26,989 nt of DNA, taken from positions 186,001 through 212,989 of the forward strand of contig NOWV01000131.1 in NCBI GenBank assembly GCA_003344405.1, written 5' to 3'. The notes below the pieces were generated by a model, which saw only the letters and a list, made by a program, of their open reading frames with translations, was not told where the DNA came from and did not search any database. Made by a program: the position numbers and the translations under genes. Positions 11,922 through 22,859 of the stretch are shown here, piece by piece. Source of the DNA: Trichoplax sp. H2. Its lineage: Eukaryota. Within the stretch, counting starts at the first letter, position 1. The number at the start of each line of letters is the position of its first letter.

Positions 11922-14688
11922 TTTCCTTTTTACTCAGTTAATTACTGGTATAGGGAATAAAACAAGTACTTAAAATTGTAATAAAATTAACAACAACTTG
12001 TCTTAATTAGCTAATAGTTCATCAATAAACAGCCAAAAACAACCTGTTGAAAATTCACTACCACACACCGTAGACGTTTCTTTTATCTTTTTGTTTGTGG
12101 TAACTAAAGCTTTGGAAGTTCTATGTATTGACTACTGAATAGCACTTACTATAATTACCATATCTTTTCCAGGCGGTCTACCAATGAGATGTAACGCTGA
12201 TGTAGTTGCTTTTGTGATACCTTCCTTTCATGGGATATCTAAATTATTCTTACTCTAAGAATAATTATAGGACATACTATTATATACTTTCCGTTATGAT
12301 CATCACAGTAAATTACCATCAGCATAAATTCAGTAAACTGGCTGATTAATTAGCAAACTTCACGTGACACCATCATTTTATTGCTTGTAGAAAAATTTTA
12401 AGCTATGATATGAATATTCCAAGAGCACAGTATACTATGACACTTATATTATTAATTTTACAATTACTATATATATAAAGAGATAGTAGTCTTGATTCGA
12501 GTTGAGAAGACGAGGATTATGTCGGTATTAGGATCGCCAACCTTAATAACATACGGCTTAGGTTAGGTTATAATATCGAATAGATTTACGATAAGAATTG
12601 GCCTTTGATATACTGTAATGCTGATAAAGATAATTTCGGGACAATACAGGGTGTGGAAAGGCGGATATAACAAAATAAGTTTCAGCAAATACAAGCAAGT
12701 AACGTACTTATAACCAATCATTAATTTGTTAATTGTTGCTATCTGAAGATCGAATTTTTTTGATTATCATATATAATGACTCCGTTATACAGTTTAGAAC
12801 GTAGAACTTCGTTAAACAAATGAATAACGAGCTCAAATGCTCAATATATACTATACTACGACATGTGTATATTGAATTTTAAATGCTTATTGTCGAGCAA
12901 AAATAGAGTTATATAATTTAAAGTTTTTAATGCAAAAATTAATTTGATTTATTCGAAGTAGAAATAGCCATATCACGTTATTCGGACTTTCCTACAGTAA
13001 AGTACAGGTTACTACTCTTGTTTAATAGCTTACATATACGATAGAATTATATGCGTATCTAGTATTCATTCTTACATCTATGATTTTTTGAGATTATGAT
13101 TCTACTTATAGACTGATTTAATTTTATAGTTATTTTAATGAGGCTAAAAGTCAGTAAGAACTACAGAAGTTTTTTTCCTAATATCGTATGACTAGATCAG
13201 TAAACTACTCTACTAGAGAAACAGCATCAATTAATTTTCAGGAGTATTTAATACAGGTTGCTGGGAGGTAGATAAAAGCGAGGTATTATTATATTTCGGG
13301 AGGATTTTTTAAAGAAACATAAGCTGCCGGAAGTAATTGCCCTACTATCAAAACAATTAACAGCCAATAGTTATATAATTACTAGCATTTTAATGGATGC
13401 TAAAATGAATTTATATCATTTTAGTGACTCATATTTCGTTAAGTACCGCCCTTGTATTCTTTTTACAACAGCTATTAGCAATAAAGATTATCTCATATCT
13501 TTCACTCTGATGTATAGTATTAATATCCTACTTTCAAACCGATATGAAAGCAACATTAATCTTAGTAGGTTGAGATTAAAATCAATTTACTAATCCTTGC
13601 TGGCCTATTTCACAATTTTAATTGCGCTGTTATACCTGCTGTACGCCTTTAAAACTATATTTTATTACTAATGTACAGCGATACTATTCTTTTGTTAATG
13701 ATTCAAGTAATTAATAGTTTCTTTCCGCTCATCTTAGCGATAACGCCATGATATAACATATACTAGCAGTTAAAAAATTTCCTATCGCTGAAACACTATA
13801 ATTATTTATCATATCAATAATGAAGCACAGTAAGATACCCTAATTTAGAACAATTTATTTGTTCCAGATCTTAGGTTGCTAATCCGCTTAATATGCAACA
13901 AAGCTGGTAAGAAGTTGCTTAAATGAGATTAAGCGCATGTTTCCACCAAAAGTGAAATATTTAATTGAACTGCTACTAATCAAGATTACTTATAAATCAA
14001 AAAAGTACTTTCTAATATCAACTAATTTAATAGCCCCAGGACGAAACTATATTTTCTTAGTAACTTAGCATAATTAATATAAGCTATTTATTAATTAATA
14101 GGTACTCAATATCCATACAAATTGATCCACAAATTCATTTTACTGTTATAAAGTGTACTGTATGATTGTAAAAACTTTCTTATTATTAAAAGTCAACTTT
14201 TATAAAGCATGATATGGTTATACTGAGAAATTAGGTAAATAACCATACCAAAACATGCATGCAAGATTTTAATGTCATTTATTAGGTCATCTGCGACTAA
14301 ATCGCATTTTTAAGTGTAGGAAAACTTTACGCAATCTTTCAAGCTAACACTTTTATTAATGCTACACGATAGATTATAAATTATCTAGAAGTGAAATCTT
14401 TACACACAAAGTCATGTCGTCTTAATCTTCTCAGTGATTGTAACTTATCTGAGATTGGACCAGAGCTTTAGAACAATCTTATGAAAACTTAAAAAGCAGT
14501 TTTTTAATTTCTGCATCATCTTATTATACTTATTAACAGACAATTATGTTAAAAATCCTACAATGCCACGCTAAAGCTAATACTCAGCATTTTCCCATTT
14601 AACGGTATAATGAATAGTGCATTATGACAATAGTAAAATAGTATCTTAACGAGGTCGATTATATAATTATGAATTCAACTTTAAATTT

Positions 14689-15031
14689 CTACGCAGCATA
14701 TTGCTCTTTGCCTTTGTTTAATTTGCAAAGTAGGATAATTACAATAAGCAATAATAATCCAGTAACACCTGCTAAAACATACGTTGAAATCATATAGGTT
14801 GATTCCAATGAATTCGATACTGTAGAAGCCATTGTTGATTTGGAAGTTGTAAGTGGAGGTGTATTTGTATTTGTGAGTGTAGCAAGTTGGGGAAGATATT
14901 GATTCCAAAAGGCGAATGGCTTACTATAGTAATTCTTTGCAATTGCCAATTTAGGTGCAATCCACATGTAGTCTTTGCTGGTTTCTCTATATCTTGGCCA
15001 AGCTGGTGAAGAGCTTAAATCTGACGGATTT
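14689..15031 (-). CDS. G3 exon 2: end of esterase domain, Ser/Thr stalk, transmembrane helix, short tail
   Basis: Acceptor ataatttAG|A AAT CCG gives G|NPSDLSSSPAWPRY after a phase-2 intron (15032-15301, 270 bp). Contains AFWNQYLP, stalk TNTNTPPLTTSKST and TM VLAGVTGLLLLIVIILLC; ends KLNKGKEQYAA*. Confidence 0.9.
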
Positions 15032-15301
15032 CTAAATTATCGTAGTAAAGGGAGTTAACTATTTCGTGATTGACCTTGTATCATTATATATATATCATTA
15101 TACATTGTATAACAGTCTAGCTAGCTCTAGATATTAATTAATAAACAAAATTTAATTCATGCTTAATATTTTTGTCTGCCTTAGTTATTACCAAGTTGTA
15201 ATGTAAAACTTATAAATTATTAATTATCGCAATTCTTAATCTAGTTTACAACCATATGCGGGTATTTACACGTATATAGCAATTGCTGAAAGACTACTTA
15301 C

Positions 15302-16797
15302 CCTTGACGAATAAAGTTACCCCAGTATGCCATAACCTGTCGGCATACTTGTCGATCGGTATCATCAAATTTGTCTGGAAAATTTGCAGGTGGATCTAAT
15401 GGATAGCCAAAAACATATGGGATCTCTATAGTATGCACTGCCTTAGCAAATGAAGGCATCGCGGTTCCTGCAGTGCGATGAGCAAATATGTAGGTATAGG
15501 TTGGTACATATCGAGAAAGCGCATCTGCATAATTTTCGTTAGGTACACTAAAGCGATAATCATTGAGCATATCGCCATACTGATCTCTATTAACGCTTGG
15601 TGAGCTAACATTGGCCCAGTTAGTATACTGATATTGGATAGAAAGTTTTACACGTTGATTTGCTGCTGGAAAATTACCATTGACATAATTTTTAAACTGA
15701 TTTTGTGAAAGTCCTTGAGATATATTTGGCATAAGTAATAAGAAAAAATAGCCATCATTCAACATCGTGCCTATCATGATGTCGGCCTTATTAAACTTTC
15801 CTGAAATTATAGCTTTGTAAGATGATTCTGGTAGTATATCGCCATCAACAATGGGTGAATATGGATTAGTTCCAAGGAATCTCATTTGAAGTTGTACCAA
15901 TTGCTGGGCTGGTAGGGTTCTTAGACAATTTACAGTCTCTGTTGTGATGTTTTTGTAACATCTAGCTACCGTGCTATACTGTACAAAGAAATTTTTAGCA
16001 TCAGATAGTGTGAACTCGGTCGTCAATTTAGCTTTCTGATAAGATGGGAAATCTCCAAAAATACCACTTTGTATGATAGCGCGGCTAAATAATCCTTTGC
16101 TAGATGGCATAACCAGGTGATTGGAAACAGCAACTGCTCCAGCTGAGTTACCTGCTATTGTAATTTGATCTTTATTACCTCCGAAATTTTCGATATTCTC
16201 TCTAACCCATTTCAAGGCCAAATTTTGATCTTGTAAAGCTAGATTTGCTGGAATAGTCCTTTGATTGGCATCCTTTTCACCTGACGTCATGAAACCAAAG
16301 ATTCCAAGTCGATAATTTATTGTAACAACAACGATATTTTCGTTAGCAGATAAGACTTGTCCTTGCCACCATGCGCCAGTTCCATAAAGGAATCCACCAC
16401 CATGTATCCATACGAGTACTGACATATTCCCGGCTTTGCTAGGGTTAGGTGTAAAAATATTAAGGTAAAGGCAATCTTCACTGACTTGTATTTTATGCGA
16501 ATTTTGACTTAAAGGGCCTACGAGATTCGGTTGAGAACAATCTTTTTGATATTCAGTAGCATTTAGAACACTAGACCATTGCTCTTTGGGTACTGGCGGC
16601 TTAAATCGTAGCTGACCTACGGGAGGCTGAGCGTAAGGAATGCCGAGATAGGCAAACTGATCAGTACCATTAGTATTTACTATTTTACCACTAACTGAAC
16701 CAGCTGTAGTAGAAATGATTAGTTGAGCTTTAGAATAAGGTAATAATGCAATAGTTAATATTACAATACAGCTTGCGGTAAATCTTTCCAAAGTCAT
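15302..16797 (-). CDS. G3 exon 1: carboxylesterase/cholinesterase-fold catalytic domain (spliced protein 612 aa)
   Basis: Signal peptide, LGIPYAQPPVGQLRFKPP, SEDCLYLNIF, WIHGGGF, GNSAG (Ser 16144-16146), IQSG, GTMLNDG (Asp 15754-15756), AVHTIE (His). Ends WGNFIRQ-GG|GTAAGT. Confidence 0.95.
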
Positions 16798-18086
16798 AGT
16801 ATTGCTTTAGATTAATCTTCCTTAATAAGTTCGGTATTCTTCTTAATAGTGAAAGAAGTTGAAAGAAACGTTGAAAAGGATTTAGCTTAAATGTACAGAA
16901 TTAAAGGTTTTCCACCAACGATACGAGTACAACCTAAACTTCTTGAGGTGTTACAGCGCTAGCGTTTATATATATAATCTGGATCGAATAAAGCTGTCCT
17001 AAAGAGCTCTAGTAAAAAATATTTTAAATAACTTAATTTCATAAGATTATGAAAAGGTCACCCATCCTATGTAAATAAGAATATTAGTATTATTTAGATG
17101 TGACTTACATGACCATCCAGTAACCGTACGGTCTATTGAAGGGACTACTGCACTAAAAAAGAAAAAGAGGGACCTTATAAGCATGCAGCTAAGTTGGTTT
17201 TGTTCAGTATGATATACGATTTCATTGGTATCGTATAATAGAATGGCCGGGAAAATGATAGGCCTCCACATTATTTTGCATATCACCTCCCTTTTTCTTT
17301 TCTACGACGAGAACAATAATTACTGTCTTATTTCCATGACATAAGGTGTTATTAATATATCACCATGGTATCCATGTATTATATTTACCGTTAGTAATTG
17401 AACACTTGTTTGATGTTAACAATTACAATTTATACCGGTTCAAACTTTAAGAAAGTTATGTGCATTATAGTTGTTGACAATGGCATCTTTTGAAGAGATT
17501 TGCATGCTTAATAATACCCTAATATGGCTAAAAACCTGATTACAGTACTGTAATGAATCTTATTTTCTCCGCATTTAGTCTGAATGGACCATGAATGGAC
17601 GGACCATCTTTATTATTGATCCAGCGAAAGCTCTTAAAATCGGTGTAAATCAGAGTCCTGCAAAGCTACAATTACGCTTGACTGTCTTAAGTAATCGAAG
17701 TGAATACTGCGCATTACTATTACTGTACTACAGTATCCTTAAATGGAGTAAAAACGCAACCTGAACCCGATCAAATTGTAAGCCGAAAATGAGTGCAATC
17801 GCTATGCTAACTCTGTATTGCCACAGAAATTCTTAACCGGAATCCCGTCCTCGAGTCGGGTTTCGGGGTTAACTTTTAAAGGACACTGCTTGAGCCTTTC
17901 CATATTGGTGAATGATTAATGTAATAAATCTCATGTTATCCAGATATGGTCAAAGGAACAATTTGCATCATTAACTGATTGATAAATACAGTACACTTGA
18001 TTATCTTGAGGCATCGTCAATTGTCATAGAAGTAACAGAAAAAATAAAAATTTGGTGTACGGTCAGTAGACACTAAGTAATAATAA

Positions 18087-18160
18087 TCTATACGGCGAAG
18101 CGTGCTGAGCAAAAGCTGGATTCGACAGTACCCGTTTTACAACGGGTATTACCAAACTAG
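18087..18160 (+). mobile_element. Candidate 74-bp non-autonomous Helitron
   Basis: Starts A|TCTATAC, has the subterminal hairpin TACCCGTT-TTAC-AACGGGTA (18129-18148), and ends 8 nt later in CTAG|T. It is GC-richer than its AT-only flanks and has no target-site duplication. Confidence 0.6.
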
Positions 18161-19895
18161 TATATTATAAATCTTCTTATTGTGCAGCCGCTTATCGATT
18201 TTGCAATTAGCACGGTTGCAATCCTTGATCCAGACCAAGAAAATTGACTATTAAATGACTTCAACTCGAACAAATGCGTATTACAAGCAAAAATAAAATA
18301 TGATTACTCTATAGCTTGTTTTCTGTATCCTATTATATCGTCAAATTTCGAAAATAAATTAGCATCACACAAACCTACGAGTATATTATGATACACTAAA
18401 TTCTTACACGTTTAAACTAATCTAGACGTCGTTCTTCTCAGTCTCTCTGTTCACGTAAAGAAATTAATTATCACTGGGGTTAGAACTACTTTCTTCTCAT
18501 AATTATCAATGAATAAGCATAGAGGTCAGTCATTAAATAAATAAATTATAATTATTACCACACATCACATGTCAATGCTGTACGCAGGGCATAATAGCTA
18601 GCAGTCGATGTTTAATAGTGTAGCATTAGCTACAGGTGTTGGATAGCTAACAGGTCAAAATGGTGATCAATATTTTCCCAACCAATTGCTCTAATAATTA
18701 ATCGTCTAAAAGTAGATTGAGTTCTGCTTTAAAGCTATACAAGATATATAATTTCAACCTGATTGATCAGGGTAATTATTTGTCCATACATCTGCATGAT
18801 GAAATCAAATTCTTACGGTAAAGTGGTAGAAAGGTTATACATATTTATTTTAATTTTGCAAATACAATCGAGATTTAAATCGTTCGTTTGAAATTTTCAA
18901 CGATTAATTAAACTGTAGTAATTAGTCTTAGAATTCATCTGAGGTAAGATAAGGGTGGTTAGTGCCAGCGTTGATTGCAACAGTTATAGAATAAGTTACA
19001 CAGCATATAGTAGCAATGTAGAAATGTGCTAAAGCTTGATTTTAGGCTTTTCTTGCATATGTCCATTAGTTCAGGTTATATATCTACTATACAAGATCTC
19101 ATTTAAATCTTTTTTACTATACAACATGTTTTAGTATCTATTAACTACCGTCTAACTGTCCAAGCTAATCATCACCTAGATAGACGAAAATATATCGAAA
19201 TGTAGAAAAGAAATGGTCTACTTAAGACCAAAAACATCTCACGTTTGGATGTGAATATCTCACTTGAGTATAATACGTAACTGAATATTTTAGTCTCCAA
19301 ATTCTGATTCAACGTAGCCTGCAATGGAATACGCGTAGGCGCACAATTGCACAGCAAATTGAAATTTGGAGACCCTACGCGTGCTTTGTCTTCCTGCGGC
19401 AAAACAAGAATTAAAAGATATCTGCAATAAAATAAATCTTTACAAGTATGCAATATGTTCGCAATGAACTTTTATTTTATACTTATTACTATTTAAAATT
19501 TTAGTTTGGATACTATAATGTTGTTGACCATCGGGCTTATGAACTCTAGTAGGTGCCTTCGTGGATGGAAGCTTTGGTTAAGGATCCGTTATAGATGTTT
19601 AGGTACGGACGATCAAATAACAATATGGGAGGGGAATAGAAGTACTTTGTTAAGAAGGGAAAGAGTAATAACAGATTCCTATCAACTTCGCACGTCTCGG
19701 GTTATAACTTATAATCATCTGCGAGAGCTAGCAACAATTAAGACTTAATAGAAAGATAGGAAGTGAAGTAAAGTATGCAGCGCAAAGTAACAAATCCGGA
19801 AGCTGGATTCTACTAGGATAAAGAATAGCCATGTAATAGTATACCGTAATATATGCTCTACAGTGTACAGCTAAAGAAGTAGCGAGAATAAATAT

Positions 19896-19901
19896 TTTAT
19901 T
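19896..19901 (-). promoter_or_regulatory. Candidate polyadenylation signal for G4
   Basis: AATAAA on the minus strand about 140 nt past the stop. The hexamer is common in AT-rich DNA. Confidence 0.35.
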
Positions 19902-20040
19902 TAATACTACGAAGAGGGCTTAAGTAAGGCAAGTAACCTGCAAGTATACTTTCAGCAGTACAAATCTCAAAATGATACGATATTGTTATAATTATATTAA
20001 TTAACAATTAACTTCAAATTCCGTATACTTGCTGATGAAG

Positions 20041-20383
20041 TTAGACCAACACTTCTTTACCTCGTCGACAGCGCATAGCAAGTAAGATAACCACAATGAT
20101 AAATAAAGCTGCACTCACTCCAATCAAGGCGTAAGTAGCAACCTTGAAAGTCGAACTCTGTGTAACAGAGCCAGAGGGAGTAGTTACGGATTGAGTCGGA
20201 GGTTGAGTGCTAGCGGTAGGATTATTAGCTAACGTAAATTTTACATTTAACAAATTATTAAAGAAAGCAATTTGATTACGCTTGTAATTGGTTACAGGAT
20301 TATAGCCTTTGGCTGTAATAGTCAAGTAGTAAGTATTGGTATTTGTGTATTCTGGCCAAGAAATCCTTGTAGTGGATGGATCC
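20041..20383 (-). CDS. G4 exon 2: end of esterase domain, Ser/Thr/Pro stalk, transmembrane helix, short tail
   Basis: Acceptor atcttaAG|G GAT CCA gives G|DPSTTRISWPEY after a phase-2 intron (20384-20636, 253 bp). Aligns without gaps to G2 exon 2 (VTNYKRN.IAFFN, IGVSAAL); ends RCRRGKEVLV*. Confidence 0.88.
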
Positions 20384-20636
20384 CTTAAGATTTAAGTAAA
20401 AAAGTCGAAATAACTCTTAGTTAGATATCTCAAGGTTCTAATACTGATGTAACTCTACTTGGACGATTTAATTTCTATTCATCGAGTTTTAAATAATCTG
20501 AACTGTATACTAGTATAGTTATATTTTATGTACAGCATTACTGAAGTCGATCAACTAGTGAGTTTTTCTTTTAAACACTACAAGATATTAATCATTCTAG
20601 CTGTAAGGTAGCAGGATTACATTGTCTAGTTCTTAC

Positions 20637-22102
20637 CCAGTGCGTATAAAACTTCCCCACATAGCCATCATATCTTTACTCAAATCAATTTCTGCTGAAG
20701 TAAAATTTGATAAAAAGCCGGAAGGTTTATTAACTGGATAGCCAAAGACATAGGGTAATTCTGCACCATGACTCACACCAGTGTTAGGCATTAAATAAGC
20801 TGATTGATTTGTTCGATGAGAGAAAACATAGGTATAGGTAGGAGAATAAATAGAATGATATCCAGCAACGAAATCCGCTGGTGCAACGAAGAGTGAATCG
20901 GTAGATAATTCTCTTAGCATATGCAAATTACTTGTTAGAGAGTTGATGTCATTATAGTTTGTATATCTGCTAATAATAACATCTTGACCTAAATCATTAT
21001 ATATTCTATTAAACCAGTATTTTATAAAGCCTAAATAAGCTGGCCTAGTTACTTGAGGAGGTACGTTTACGTAGCCATCTTGAGCTGCAATTCCCATTAG
21101 TAGGTTGCCTTTCTTAAATCGACCTGCTGCCCAAGCTTTTCTAGGATTCTCTACAATTAATTTACCGTCTACCGTAACACTAAAGAATCCGAAATCTTGA
21201 AGCAACATTGAAGAGGATGCTTTTAAAATTATTGCCACACTTAAACTACGTACACACTGAGTCACAGTAGCAACAGTAGTGCCATTACATCCTGCTTGTT
21301 TACCAAACTTCAGGAAAGCTTGACGAGCTTCTGCCATGGATTTGTAGGTATGACTATCGAATACGGCTCCACTATGCATAATAGCATAACGAAATAATCC
21401 GTAACTGCTAGGTGCTAATACGTGAATACCTACAGAGTACGCACCAGCTGAGAATCCAGCAATAGTAACTGCTTCTTTATTACCACCAAAGTTTTCAATA
21501 TTATCTTATACCCACTTTAAAGCCATTTGTTGATCGAGTATTCCTAAGTTAGGTTGAATAGCATTATTACCGGGATTATCTTCACCAGAAGTTAGGAAAC
21601 CAAACGCACCCAATCTGTAGTTCATGGAAACGACAACGATACCTTCTTTAGCTGCTAGTGTTTGCATCTTCCAACCAGCTCCAGTACCAACAATAAAACC
21701 GCCACCATGAATCCATACTAGAACGGACATGTTAGCAACAGCGACTGGTTTTGTAGTAAAAACGTTAATATATAAGCAATCTTCATTGATTTGATGTTCT
21801 GGTGTATTAGGTTGTGTTCCACCAACAGGTGTAAATTGAGGGCAAGAATTTTTATATTGGCTTCCGTTTAAAACGCCAGACCAGGCCGATGTTAACGCTT
21901 TCGGTGGCATAAAGCGTAGTGAACCGATTGGAGGTTGAACGTAAGGAATGCCCAAATAAGAATGCACTGTTGTTCCATCAATAATATCTGACTTTCCACT
22001 GATGAGGCCATTATCTGTTCTAACAGTGATTTGGCCGGAATTATTAGGCACGAATAATGTTAAAACTAATGCTAAAAGAATCCATGAAAGATGTACTGCC
22101 AT
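20637..22102 (-). pseudogene. G4 exon 1: carboxylesterase domain interrupted by one in-frame TAA (21506-21508); recent pseudogene, null allele or base-call error
   Basis: ORFs 21506-22102 and 20633-21379 share one frame. Read-through gives [59 protein letters not shown] and GVSHGAE are intact. Ends WGSFIRT-GG|GTAAGA. Confidence 0.88.
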
Positions 22103-22556
22103 CCTCGTTCTATCTCAAGCTTTATCTACTAAGAATCATCTGCGACTATTTTAGATATTTATTTGAGGAATAAAATTGATGTCAGTTTATTTATTTTATT
22201 TGATTGAAATTTGTTGTTGATGCCAACGCCTAATTTGGATGTCTCTATTATAGTCTCATCTCGACTCTTTCGAAAACCACACAAGTATTCATGTTATCGT
22301 TGATGCCAGTATGGCTTATGCTACTATACTGTACTGTACTGAAAAGGAAGCAGTGGCTAAGATAGAGGAGTTTCTTGATCCTTTAGGTCCTTATAGGAAA
22401 TGAGACTATCTCTCTAGTATTCTCATGAGAAATAGTATGCTAAAAGGATAAGGCAATTAGGGCATTGATAGTATTACGTGTAAGAATAGGAAAGGAAATG
22501 TATTTATGGCCCGAACCGCGAACCCAGACAGTGATATTAAACAAGTCGGGATTAGC

Positions 22557-22859
22557 GGTCAGCAAACTAGTAGAGAAGCTCGAGTGGAATATATAGTACT
22601 AATATTCATTTTTAGGTGATAAAGTTGTTTTTAAACGTTCTTTCAAGTCCCTTTCACTGTAAGTCAGAATGAGCTAGTACATTTGATTACTTCTATGCTG
22701 GTGATTGGGTAAAAAGGTGGTATGACAAGAGTACAAGGTCAGCTAACTAGTAGAGAAGCTCGAGAGTAACATATAGTACTACTATTCTTTTTAAATAATA
22801 AAGTTGCTTTTAAACGTTCTTTCAAGTCCCTTTCACTGTAAATCAGAATAAGCTAGTAC
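22557..22859. repeat. Imperfect direct repeat, 2 x about 124 bp, period 180
   Basis: GGTCAGC(A/T)AACTAGTAGAGAAGCTCGAG...TTTTAAACGTTCTTTCAAGTCCCTTTCACTGTAA...AGCTAGTAC occurs at 22557-22680 and 22737-22859. Confidence 0.9.

Noticed and set aside
17827-17880. ILNRNPVLESGFG resembling the myosin motor motif NPxLE(A/S)FGN
   Set aside because: It has an extra residue, lacks the following NAKT/NSSRFGK, and is followed almost at once by a stop.
19331-19382. 9-bp inverted repeat ACGCGTAGG/CCTACGCGT as a MITE
   Set aside because: It is very short, with no target-site duplication or second copy seen.
3257-19748. Isolated short ORFs (3257-3538, 4369-4575, 9262-9444, 13393-13593, 17047-17286, 19172-19453, 19506-19748)
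   Set aside because: They have AT-driven composition and no motifs, several use non-ATG starts, and such ORFs are expected by chance.
21506-21508. Selenocysteine or alternative-code explanation for the G4 stop
   Set aside because: The codon is TAA, not TGA. TAA terminates G2 and G4 normally, and no other in-frame stops occur in the intact exons.
9609-22102. Calling the genes true neuroligins or acetylcholinesterase
   Set aside because: The catalytic Ser is present (unlike NLGN) and the tails are very short. The choline-binding Trp, GESAG motif and Glu acid of AChE are absent.
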